Shown: piece by piece, positions 55,847 through 64,000 of the stretch | Position numbering within the stretch: position 1 is the first letter of the stretch | Layout: every line of letters starts with the position of its first letter | IMG/VR virus record: IMGVR_UViG_3300035180_000343 | Location: 65,322-129,321 of that record | DNA: 64,000 nucleotides | Strand: one strand, 5' to 3' | Source: a virus | Translations under genes and position numbers: made by a program | Notes under the pieces: model-generated | Databases searched by the model: none | Told to the model about the DNA's origin: nothing | The model's input: the letters and a program-made list of their open reading frames with translations, nothing else

Positions 55847-56811
55847 TTGAAAGTCACCTCAGACATACATTCCACGCTAAATGCAGCCAAATTTATTTCT
55901 GGGTTTACACTCGACATTGCTCGATATTCGTAATTAGCAATTAGCAGGATTAGATTTGGAATACTTTGTGGTTCGACGAGTTCATATGCCAAATCATAAA
56001 TCTTACGAAACAACCCTTGCACATCGGAATGACAGTTAGCAGCAATCCATTGTCTAGCATCCCCGAACTTTTTGTTCTTCAATGCTCGAATATACATTGT
56101 GATGTCTTGATCTCCAGAAGATGCTGAAACAGAAACTTCGTCAATCTTACCAGTCGTTTGAGCAATATTCTGAAGTTCGTTAATAGTTCGGCGAAAGTCT
56201 GGAAAATACTTTTTCACAAGAGATGCTAAAGCTGGTTTTTCAACTGGGATTTGTTCTTCTTCTAAAATCTGAATTAAACGACCCATGAAAGTCTTAGCAA
56301 CCTTTGACATTTCGTCTTTAGGGATTGCTAGTGAGATATTCGTACAACGTGAATGGATTGCGTCGATAATCTTATTGGGAAAATTGCAAGTTAGAATGAA
56401 TCGACATGTTTTTGCGAACTCTTCCATCGCTCCACGAAGAGCTGCCTGAAAGATTGGAGTTGCATGATCGAACTCGTCGAGAATTACGATTTTGATTGGG
56501 GATTCTGAATCGAACGACACGGTGCTCGCAAACGTTGTAATTGTGCTCCGAAGAACATCAATCCCTCTGGCGTCTGATGCATTGATAACAATGAAGTCAG
56601 CCCCCATTTCTCTCGCTAGAGCTTTAGCAAAAGTTGTTTTTCCAATGCCAGCCGAACCCGACGCGAGGATATTAGGACAATCTTTCTGATCAACGAACGA
56701 CTGAAGGGTTTGCTTCACGGTATCGACTAAAATACAGTCTCGAACTCGAGCTGGGCGGTACTTTTCGACCCAAAGCAAATGAGATGGATCAAATTCAAAA
56801 TCTTCTGACAT
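55843..56811 (-). CDS. 44: clamp loader large subunit gp44
   Basis: LWVEKYRP, GIGKTT, LDEFD, SRC, YFPDFRR; start corrected to MSEDFEF. Confidence 0.95.
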   Translation of the reverse strand: MSEDFEFDPSHLLWVEKYRPARVRDCILVDTVKQTLQSFVDQKDCPNILASGSAGIGKTTFAKALAREMGADFIVINASDARGIDVLRSTITTFASTVSFDSESPIKIVILDEFDHATPIFQAALRGAMEEFAKTCRFILTCNFPNKIIDAIHSRCTNISLAIPKDEMSKVAKTFMGRLIQILEEEQIPVEKPALASLVKKYFPDFRRTINELQNIAQTTGKIDEVSVSASSGDQDITMYIRALKNKKFGDARQWIAANCHSDVQGLFRKIYDLAYELVEPQSIPNLILLIANYEYRAMSSVNPEINLAAFSVECMSEVTFK

Positions 56812-56864
56812 TTTTGACTCCTCACAAGATGTGGTGGAAAATTTCCACCACATCGAACTCACAA

Positions 56865-57314
56865 TTAGTGTGCCGACACCCCAGAACTACCAAACCCACC
56901 TTCACCCCGATCAGAAACTCCGAGTTCTTCAACAATTTCAAACTCGGGTTGAATCACTGGAAGAAACATCATTTGACAAATTCGATCATGGGGATTGATA
57001 ACAAATTCATCGTTTGGGTTAGTGTTCCAAATACATGCCTTCACTGGCCCACGATAGTCCGAATCAATTAACCCAACGAGGTTTCGAAGAACAATTCCTT
57101 TCGTGCCAAGGCCAGAACGTGGAAGCAAAACAGCACAAACATCTGGATCAGCAATTTCCATTTTAAATCCAAGATCAATCATCATGGACTCGCCTGGATA
57201 TATGACCACTTTTTCAGTAATGCACGCATAACAATCTACTGCAGCTGCCCCAGAACTCGCCCGTTTCATGGATGCTGCAAATGCAGACGTCGGCAGAATC
57301 CTAACTTTAGACAT
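56865..57314 (-). CDS. dut: trimeric dUTPase
   Basis: PRSGLG, GLIDSDYRG, RGEGGFGSSG. Confidence 0.96.
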   Translation of the reverse strand: MSKVRILPTSAFAASMKRASSGAAAVDCYACITEKVVIYPGESMMIDLGFKMEIADPDVCAVLLPRSGLGTKGIVLRNLVGLIDSDYRGPVKACIWNTNPNDEFVINPHDRICQMMFLPVIQPEFEIVEELGVSDRGEGGFGSSGVSAH

Positions 57315-57483
57315 GTGCAGTGTCTCCTGTCTTTTCTTTCTGCTTGGTCTTCTTGAACTCCAGGTAGTGTTTTTCGGCAGAAATAATCGATTTTTTAAAA
57401 ATGTTTCGAGCTGCTTTGTCCTTGATCCCGTTTAGCAGGTTCTTTACTTCATGTGACATTTTAAAATGTTGATCTAGTGACAT
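57307..57483 (-). CDS. small conserved hypothetical protein (58 aa, not in ORF track)
   Basis: aagga RBS; MSLDQHFKMSHEVKNLL... Confidence 0.55.
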   Translation of the reverse strand: MSLDQHFKMSHEVKNLLNGIKDKAARNIFKKSIISAEKHYLEFKKTKQKEKTGDTAHV

Positions 57484-57494
57484 CGTAATTCCTT

Positions 57495-58157
57495 TTAGTT
57501 TGCTTCAAGTGTGATTGCATATTGAATAGAACCGTCTGCAGATGTCCAAATTGAAAATCCCCTAGCAGACACCCGAACAACATAATCCATAGGCATTACT
57601 TTAATATTTTCCAACTTCAAGGAAAGTTCGAGCTCCTTGGACTTCACATCGCTAACTGGAAGCTGAAAAGAATTGGACGAACTGTTCTTGTTATCTTGGA
57701 CAATAAGAAATACTCCATCTTTTCCACTCTTGATTTTAATATCAGGAACATTCAAAATCCCACCAGCCTTCTGAAGTTTGGCGATCTGATCCTTTGTAAT
57801 AGTGAACGTCAGGTCAACTTCTTCTGGCAATTTGATTTCTTTGGTTGGAAAAACGATTAGAGCTGGATTACAATAACCATACTTAATACCACCTCGAGTG
57901 TCGCCCTCTTCTCGAACAATTAAAAACTTTTCGTCAAACGAAATGTCCGGAGTATTGAACAAGGAAAGAACACCAATAAATTCGGAAAGCGAATAAATCG
58001 CGAAGTCGGATGGGAACGTGTCCTTGATTGTCGATTCAGCAACGATGTTTCTTGCAATGGCAATAGTGCTGAGTTTATTTCCCGCTTTAACGTTCAACGA
58101 AAAGTTGATTGCGGAAAAATTCTTAAGAACGTCAATTGTTTCTGGGGATAGGCGCAT
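57495..58157 (-). CDS. 45: sliding clamp gp45
   Basis: MRLSPETIDVLKNFSAIN, FAIYSLSEFI. Confidence 0.95.
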   Translation of the reverse strand: MRLSPETIDVLKNFSAINFSLNVKAGNKLSTIAIARNIVAESTIKDTFPSDFAIYSLSEFIGVLSLFNTPDISFDEKFLIVREEGDTRGGIKYGYCNPALIVFPTKEIKLPEEVDLTFTITKDQIAKLQKAGGILNVPDIKIKSGKDGVFLIVQDNKNSSSNSFQLPVSDVKSKELELSLKLENIKVMPMDYVVRVSARGFSIWTSADGSIQYAITLEAN

Positions 58158-58194
58158 TGTGTTTCACTTCCTTCAATTGTTGAAAAATGATATT

Positions 58195-58818
58195 TTAATT
58201 ACTTTCGTCTTGGTTGTCAAGCGATTCTTCATCCAATTGTTGTGGAGGATAAGGAATTCTTGGAAGCCAATCGAAATCTGTTACTATTCTGTCTGCAAGT
58301 TTAAACTTTATCATTTCTTCTGCCGTCATCCAAAAATCAGATGGGCCAAAGAAAGTTTTGCTAATTTGTCGATGAGTTAAATTGCTATATTTTTCGATCA
58401 ACCTGAACATTCGATTCCTAACATTTTTAGTCTCCGAATTGTAAGCCAAGATCTCATGTTCTTTAACAGAATCACCAAAACTCATCGAAAATTGGTGGCA
58501 CAAAATCGAAACATTTTCAGTTAAAAGCCGTTCATGTGCTGCAATAAAAATCATGAATGCCGAACTATAAACTTCCCCGATTCCAATTGCAGTGATTGGA
58601 ATGGAACTCATTCTAATTGCGTCGATTAGTTTAAATGCATAAGCAACATCGCCCCCTCCAGAAGTAATAATCAAGTAAATTCTATCAAGTCTTTGGGCAG
58701 CATTCTCGAACATGATTGAGTTGACGATCGGAATAACTGTTTCCTCGGAAATCATTCCATCTAGTGTATAAACACCAAGCGTTTCTAAAACCTTTTTGTC
58801 CTCATCTTGTTCACACAT
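58195..58818 (-). CDS. ClpP-like serine protease
   Basis: TSGGG, VYSSAF, HQ, DFWMTAEE. Confidence 0.85.
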   Translation of the reverse strand: MCEQDEDKKVLETLGVYTLDGMISEETVIPIVNSIMFENAAQRLDRIYLIITSGGGDVAYAFKLIDAIRMSSIPITAIGIGEVYSSAFMIFIAAHERLLTENVSILCHQFSMSFGDSVKEHEILAYNSETKNVRNRMFRLIEKYSNLTHRQISKTFFGPSDFWMTAEEMIKFKLADRIVTDFDWLPRIPYPPQQLDEESLDNQDESN

Positions 58819-58853
58819 TTTGATTCTCTCAAGTTACACTACAGGGTTAAAGG

Positions 58854-60554
58854 CTACTCCAGCTGACTCCAGTTTCCATTTTTACGAATCTTTATAATAG
58901 ATTGAAGTTTGTCCTGAAGATCAGGGCGATGTGAAATCATAAAGACATTTGAGTCTAGAGATTCCAACAGATTCACAAACACCGTCATTCCGTCTGAATC
59001 AAAAACACTATCAAACAATTCATCAAAGAACAAAAGATTCGTATTTAATGAGTTCTTAATCTTTGCCAATTCTATTAGAGTCAGAAGAATTGAAAAGTCA
59101 ATTCTTGCTCTTTCGCCGGCGCTAAAATTTTCATATGAGAAGTCTTCGAAGAATCTTGCTTTTATTGTTTCATCAAATGTCTCATTTAACATAAACGACA
59201 CATTCAAGTCTTGTTGCTCGAGATATTTATTAATCAATCCATTGATGATTGGTAGATATATCGAAATGATCTTGGCTCGAATTCCAGAATCCTTTAACAA
59301 CAGGCCACACGTATCTAGATAATGTTTTTTAACAATTAGTTCTTTTTTATCAATCTTTGTCTGTTCAAACTCTTTATAAGCGACTCGAATCTGCTGTTTG
59401 ACATTGAACTGTTCTTGATTATTTTTGTCTACATCCGATATCTTTCCCTCTAAGTCCCTGATAAACTTAAGGTTATTGTCAATCTCTTTGGTATTTGACG
59501 AAATTTCGGTTTCGAGTTTGGAAATCTTTGAAATCAAAGAGTTATATGTTTTGGCATCTGATTCGTGTTGTTCAATTTCCTTTAACAACTTGTCTAATTT
59601 ATGTTTTAAATCATTTATTTGTTCTTCGTCTTGGTCAATCTTTGATTTTCTAAAATCTTCATTTATTGGTTGGCTACAGGTTGGACAGCAAACATTCTCA
59701 GAAAAGAATTTGATTTCCTTTAGCAATCTATTCTGGTCTTCTTTATTCTGGTTCGTTGCAACCTTGAAAGACAATAAAACATTGTCACTCGCCTTATTTG
59801 CCTTCGAGGAACTTAGCTTGGAAATTTCCTTTAACAGCTCCGAATTCTTCGTGTTTAACTTGTCAATGTCCGCCTCAAGTTTTTTAATATGATCGATCAA
59901 CGATTTTTTCTGGGTTTCACTGTTAGCAATTAGTGCTTCATATCCAGTTTTCAATGCCAACATCTTTTCTTTTAAAACTTTCTGGAGATTATCTAATTCT
60001 CTAGCCGATTCTTTCAATTCTTTATTGATAATATAGAGTTGTTCGTTCATTCCAGTAAATATTGAAATGTCAAGAATATCCTCGATAATTTGGCGTCGAT
60101 TCGCAATTGGCAGTTGCATAAACGAAACATATTCCGCACCACCAAGACATACCAATTGAGTGAATGTATTGATATTGAAATGTAGAATGTGGTCTTCAAG
60201 GAATTTCTGATAATCCCTTACCGATGGATTCTGATTTACAACCGTTCCATTCTCATAAATTTCAAATACTTGTGGATTCTGCCCACGGCGAACCATGAAC
60301 TGAATTCCGTTCGATTCAAATTCTAACTCGACTAGACAATCTTTCTTGTTTATAGAGTTAATTAAATTCTTCTTGGTAACCCCTCGAGAAGTTTTCCCAA
60401 ACAATACCCATGTCAGTGCAGTTGGAATAGAACTTTTTCCACTTCCGTTGGTGCCTTGAATAAGTGTCGTCTTGGATCTATTAAGGAAAATCTCAGTAAA
60501 TTGATTGCCAAAAGAAAGAAAATTCTTAAATCGAAGTGTCTTAAAAGTAATCAA
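58854..60554 (-). CDS. 46: recombination endonuclease subunit gp46 (Rad50-like)
   Basis: NGSGKS, CPTC hook, FSAGE, FDE. Confidence 0.95.
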   Translation of the reverse strand: MITFKTLRFKNFLSFGNQFTEIFLNRSKTTLIQGTNGSGKSSIPTALTWVLFGKTSRGVTKKNLINSINKKDCLVELEFESNGIQFMVRRGQNPQVFEIYENGTVVNQNPSVRDYQKFLEDHILHFNINTFTQLVCLGGAEYVSFMQLPIANRRQIIEDILDISIFTGMNEQLYIINKELKESARELDNLQKVLKEKMLALKTGYEALIANSETQKKSLIDHIKKLEADIDKLNTKNSELLKEISKLSSSKANKASDNVLLSFKVATNQNKEDQNRLLKEIKFFSENVCCPTCSQPINEDFRKSKIDQDEEQINDLKHKLDKLLKEIEQHESDAKTYNSLISKISKLETEISSNTKEIDNNLKFIRDLEGKISDVDKNNQEQFNVKQQIRVAYKEFEQTKIDKKELIVKKHYLDTCGLLLKDSGIRAKIISIYLPIINGLINKYLEQQDLNVSFMLNETFDETIKARFFEDFSYENFSAGERARIDFSILLTLIELAKIKNSLNTNLLFFDELFDSVFDSDGMTVFVNLLESLDSNVFMISHRPDLQDKLQSIIKIRKNGNWSQLE

Positions 60555-61660
60555 ACCGTTTCCGCCTGTTGAGCTTTAACCAAAAGATCTCGCATATAGT
60601 TTTTCAATGTTTCCTTGTCTAGATCAGTTTGAATCTCAGAATTTATGAAATCTGAAATGAACTCGAAAGTGTCCTTCGACGCCGACCTAATTTTGTCCTC
60701 GTCAATCGTCCCACCTTCAGCAAGAATCTCAGACGTCATATCGACAATAGAAATGTTAAACGCGCCACTATTATATAACTTATCGGCGAACTCTTCAAAT
60801 AATAATAAGTCCTGCTTCTTCTCAACGATCAACTTGACGTATTTGTTTTTAATTTTAGATGAGATTTCGTCAAACTTTGAGATTATTTCTTTGACATCGT
60901 TTTTGTTCGTGTCGTCGTAATAAAGTTTAATGAAATTCTTAAATGGATTTTGGATGAACTCGAGCTCATAATTGCCGTCTGTTCCAGTTAATATATGAAA
61001 CCCACGCTTGGAACCACAGTCTCCCCAATTGAATTCCATAGGAGACCCAAGATAATGAATATTATCCGAGCTCGATTTCTCATGATAATGACCAGACAAC
61101 ACGATTGGAAATTTCTCTAGAAAATCTCGAGACACTTGACCGTGAGACGAAACTACATTCTGAAGATACTTAAACCCAGAAAGTTCGAGGTGGGCGAAAA
61201 CTATATTTGAACTAGAATTTACTAAAGCATCGGTAGATTGTTGAGTGCTGAACGTATTGATCCATGGAAGAAAAAGACACAGTTCCCCTTGAATGTCAAC
61301 CTCTTTTGGATTAGAAAATACTTGAATATTGGATTGATATTCAGACTTAACTAGCAAGTCAAGAGAATTCAGCTCGTTCGTATTTTTCATCGCAGTATCA
61401 TGGTTTCCGACTAGCATATAACACTTAATGTCATGCTTCACAAGTTGATCGAAAAAATATTCTTTGGCAAGTGCTAACGTGTGATGATTGGTAAATTTCC
61501 TTCTATCAAAGAAATCCCCAAGATGAACGATTGTCTTTATGTTTCTCGATATGAGTTCGGGAAAGAAATGTTGTTCATAATATTCTTTGAAGATATTATG
61601 AAATAAAACCGAATCTCCGCGTGTTCCCCAATGGGTGTCAGAAATTAGAGCAACCTTCAT
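60551..61660 (-). CDS. 47: recombination endonuclease subunit gp47 (Mre11-like)
   Basis: SDTHWG, HLGDFFD, GNHD, SGHYH. Confidence 0.95.
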   Translation of the reverse strand: MKVALISDTHWGTRGDSVLFHNIFKEYYEQHFFPELISRNIKTIVHLGDFFDRRKFTNHHTLALAKEYFFDQLVKHDIKCYMLVGNHDTAMKNTNELNSLDLLVKSEYQSNIQVFSNPKEVDIQGELCLFLPWINTFSTQQSTDALVNSSSNIVFAHLELSGFKYLQNVVSSHGQVSRDFLEKFPIVLSGHYHEKSSSDNIHYLGSPMEFNWGDCGSKRGFHILTGTDGNYELEFIQNPFKNFIKLYYDDTNKNDVKEIISKFDEISSKIKNKYVKLIVEKKQDLLLFEEFADKLYNSGAFNISIVDMTSEILAEGGTIDEDKIRSASKDTFEFISDFINSEIQTDLDKETLKNYMRDLLVKAQQAETV

Positions 61661-61700
61661 ATAACTCCTTTTAGAAAATCTTCGCTTATGGGGGGTAATT

Positions 61701-62249
61701 TCAGTACAACGATTCTACGTCGTATTTACTTTTCGGTTTTTGATTTTCTGCCTTTTTGGGTTCGAACAGACGTTCGAGATCTGGGTCACTTGATTCCGCA
61801 ATCATTTCAACGAATTGATTATGATATTCCACGTCGTCATCTTGATTTTGTGCGCCATACATATGGTCAATTGAAGATTGTTGTGCGATCTTCTGTTTAA
61901 CGTAAATCTGTTTCTTCTCATGAGTTATCCTCGCTCGGAAAGCATTAAACGCAATCTGAGTGAAATAAGCAAATGCATTCGAAGATTTCTCTGGATTAAA
62001 TCTATCCGCATATCGAATCATGACTTCGATTGCATCCCCGATAAATTCTTCTTTCCACGAATATCCAGCAAACTTCCATTTCGTTGCAAGGCGGCGAGCA
62101 ATCAAGATGATTCCACCCGCAACACTGTCTGGAATCATTGGCCGTTCTAATTCAGATTCCTTTGCTGCTCTACACTTGTATATCCACTCACTAACTTCAG
62201 CAGTGAATTGTTTATTCGGTAAATACTCAATTGGCTTAGATGTTTCCAT
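61701..62249 (-). CDS. 55: late sigma factor gp55
   Basis: EFIGDAIE...FNPEKS.NAFAYFTQIAFNAF. Confidence 0.95.
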   Translation of the reverse strand: METSKPIEYLPNKQFTAEVSEWIYKCRAAKESELERPMIPDSVAGGIILIARRLATKWKFAGYSWKEEFIGDAIEVMIRYADRFNPEKSSNAFAYFTQIAFNAFRARITHEKKQIYVKQKIAQQSSIDHMYGAQNQDDDVEYHNQFVEMIAESSDPDLERLFEPKKAENQKPKSKYDVESLY

Positions 62250-62270
62250 ATTGTCTAAATCTTCTCTAAA

Positions 62271-63176
62271 TTAAACTTGTGAGCCTACAACTGTTCCATC
62301 TGTATCTGAAGTTGGAGCAGAATTCTTAATGCGAAGCCTCCCAGAGATATCAACCCAAATATAATATGACCCAAGAACAATTTGTGCGCCGTTCCATGTC
62401 CCACCGTTCGCCCCACCTAATATCAATGACCCTGTCATTGTCGCACCAGTCTTGTCAACCTTTAAATTGGCAACTGTATCTACATAAACCTTATTTGCTA
62501 CATTATTATTAGATACTGGAGACGGAACAGACAAATAGGTTGTAATGGTTGCGTCGCTAGTCTTAGCAATAAAATTAGTATCTACATATCGCTTAGTTGT
62601 GGCTGTTAGTGGATTTGAAAACGAATCTGGATCGGCATTTAGTGTCAATGTTCCAGTCATTGCCGATCCAGATAGTTTAACATAAGCAGCATCGAACAAT
62701 GCTACAAAATTGCTGATGTCTGTTTTTTGATCAACATAATCTTTTCTGACAGCATGGCCAGCCAATGTTGGAGCATGCGCCAAAGTTAAATTGCCACTCA
62801 TTGTGTCGTCAGTGTCTTTTCGAAGAAATACTCCAAAAGCACCCGGCATTGCTTCGATTGAAGTAGCAATCTTGTTATCTACATAACTCTTATTGACTGC
62901 TAGATTTCCAGAAGACGCATTGTCAATTGTATAGGTAAGATAAATTGGGTTACCGCACGATTCAGTTGCTAATCCAGTCTTTTTAATGAAGTTCGATTGG
63001 ATATACGACAATGGAACGAGGTCAGACGCAGTAGTTCCGAAGTTTGGAAGTTTAAGTGGCCCATTAACAGTGCCGCCCGTTATACTCAGTTTCGAGTCAT
63101 TGAGAAACGAAAAATTTGAATCAATCTCAGCATTCGTTAATGGAGACCCTTTGCCTGCTCTAAGTGTCAATGACAT
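62271..63176 (-). CDS. tail-fibre-like structural protein
   Basis: repeated YVD...MSG.LTL modules; C-terminal WVDISGRLRIKNSAPTSDTDG. Confidence 0.65.
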   Translation of the reverse strand: MSLTLRAGKGSPLTNAEIDSNFSFLNDSKLSITGGTVNGPLKLPNFGTTASDLVPLSYIQSNFIKKTGLATESCGNPIYLTYTIDNASSGNLAVNKSYVDNKIATSIEAMPGAFGVFLRKDTDDTMSGNLTLAHAPTLAGHAVRKDYVDQKTDISNFVALFDAAYVKLSGSAMTGTLTLNADPDSFSNPLTATTKRYVDTNFIAKTSDATITTYLSVPSPVSNNNVANKVYVDTVANLKVDKTGATMTGSLILGGANGGTWNGAQIVLGSYYIWVDISGRLRIKNSAPTSDTDGTVVGSQV

Positions 63177-63593
63177 TTAATTTTGACCTCTATTTTGTTT
63201 TAAATAGTCTAACAACTGTTCTGAGCTGCCGACGAATACGGTATTGTTTACTTGAGTATTATTCTGATTTGTCGGAACAATATTTTGTTCTATGCGTTCC
63301 GCCTTATCGAGATTATATAACTGAACTGCCATCTCTCCAAGATTTTTCATAAAAGTTGAAGCAACCTCAAATGCTCGAGGACTTTCAGATTCTTTTGCTA
63401 AGTCAACTAGCGCATCGAAAACCGTTCTAGAGGTCTCGACGATTTCTCTAATTGTATCTTTTGCTAAAGTTTGATCCGACGAAAGTTCAACTTCTTGTTT
63501 TACGACTGGAAGAGAAGCGGGTTGATCTATGGTTGCCACATCCGTGGTAGCAACCATAGGGTTCATGTTTAGAAGATTTTCAACTGTTTTCAT
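63177..63593 (-). CDS. 16: terminase small subunit gp16
   Basis: AKESESPRAFEVA, NNTVFVGSSEQL; CATAAATA late promoter upstream. Confidence 0.88.
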   Translation of the reverse strand: MKTVENLLNMNPMVATTDVATIDQPASLPVVKQEVELSSDQTLAKDTIREIVETSRTVFDALVDLAKESESPRAFEVASTFMKNLGEMAVQLYNLDKAERIEQNIVPTNQNNTQVNNTVFVGSSEQLLDYLKQNRGQN

Positions 63594-63611
63594 ACACGTA
63601 TTTATGTGATG

Positions 63612-64000
63612 TCAAACGAGTTCCTCAAACGAGTTCGCTACGTCCTTATCTTCCCTGACCCCAATGAATCGTGGAAGGAACAATGACCATCCTCCCTTCT
63701 CATCCTGAATTTTAACATTGTAACGAACTGTGACAATCTTGTCAAAAATTGCGTCTGGGGTCAGTTCTTTTCGCTGTTTGTCCGAAAATCCAGACCCGAC
63801 TCCGACACGAACTATCATATCTCGGGTTGCACAAATCAGGTTGCCAAGACATTGGGAATATTTCCCTTGACCGAGTTCCCATCCAACCACAATCAAGTCA
63901 GCTTCTTGTTCGGCTTTGAATTTACAAAGATCCTTGGATCTGGAACCTTTCCACTTCGACTCGATGTTTTTAACGATGATTCCTTCCTCTCCAGCTTCAA
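63612..64000 (-). CDS. 30: ATP-dependent DNA ligase, 3' part (truncated by window edge)
   Basis: EGIIVKN...CKFK, VGVGSGFSD, FLPRF. Confidence 0.9.
   Translation of the reverse strand, partial: EAGEEGIIVKNIESKWKGSRSKDLCKFKAEQEADLIVVGWELGQGKYSQCLGNLICATRDMIVRVGVGSGFSDKQRKELTPDAIFDKIVTVRYNVKIQDEKGGWSLFLPRFIGVREDKDVANSFEELV

Noticed and set aside
558-63352. Numerous plus-strand ORFs of 60-180 aa
   Set aside because: Antisense shadows of well-supported minus-strand genes; only tnpB is credible on the plus strand

Overview
64 kb of an AT-rich T4-like (Tevenvirinae-type) myophage genome, almost all genes on the minus strand. The T4 core is present: dexA, gp59, gp33, nrdAB, gp41 helicase (mini-intein), uvsX, dsbA, gp32, gp43 polymerase (mini-intein), regA, gp62/44/45, gp46/47, gp55, gp16 and the 3' part of DNA ligase. 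Nucleotide metabolism and RNA repair genes include thyX, dUTPase, dCMP deaminase, Rnl1 and PNK. Accessory content includes: (i) a 7-deazaguanine DNA-modification set (folE, queD-like, queE, queC, dpdA/TGT-like), with myo-inositol-1-phosphate synthase and a HAD phosphatase inside the operon; (ii) three intact tnpB-only IS200/IS605-type elements plus two TnpB-less omegaRNA cassettes and end remnants; (iii) a circularly permuted two-piece tmRNA gene; (iv) a tRNA cluster with a D-arm-less tRNA-like RNA and an unknown structured ~190-nt RNA; (v) a late-promoter cluster of nucleotidyltransferase/ligase-fold proteins with T4 capsid-targeting-like N-termini; (vi) a Tad2-like sponge; (vii) 12 copies of a consensus sigma70 early-promoter cassette. 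All assignments come from motifs read by eye. No database search was run.
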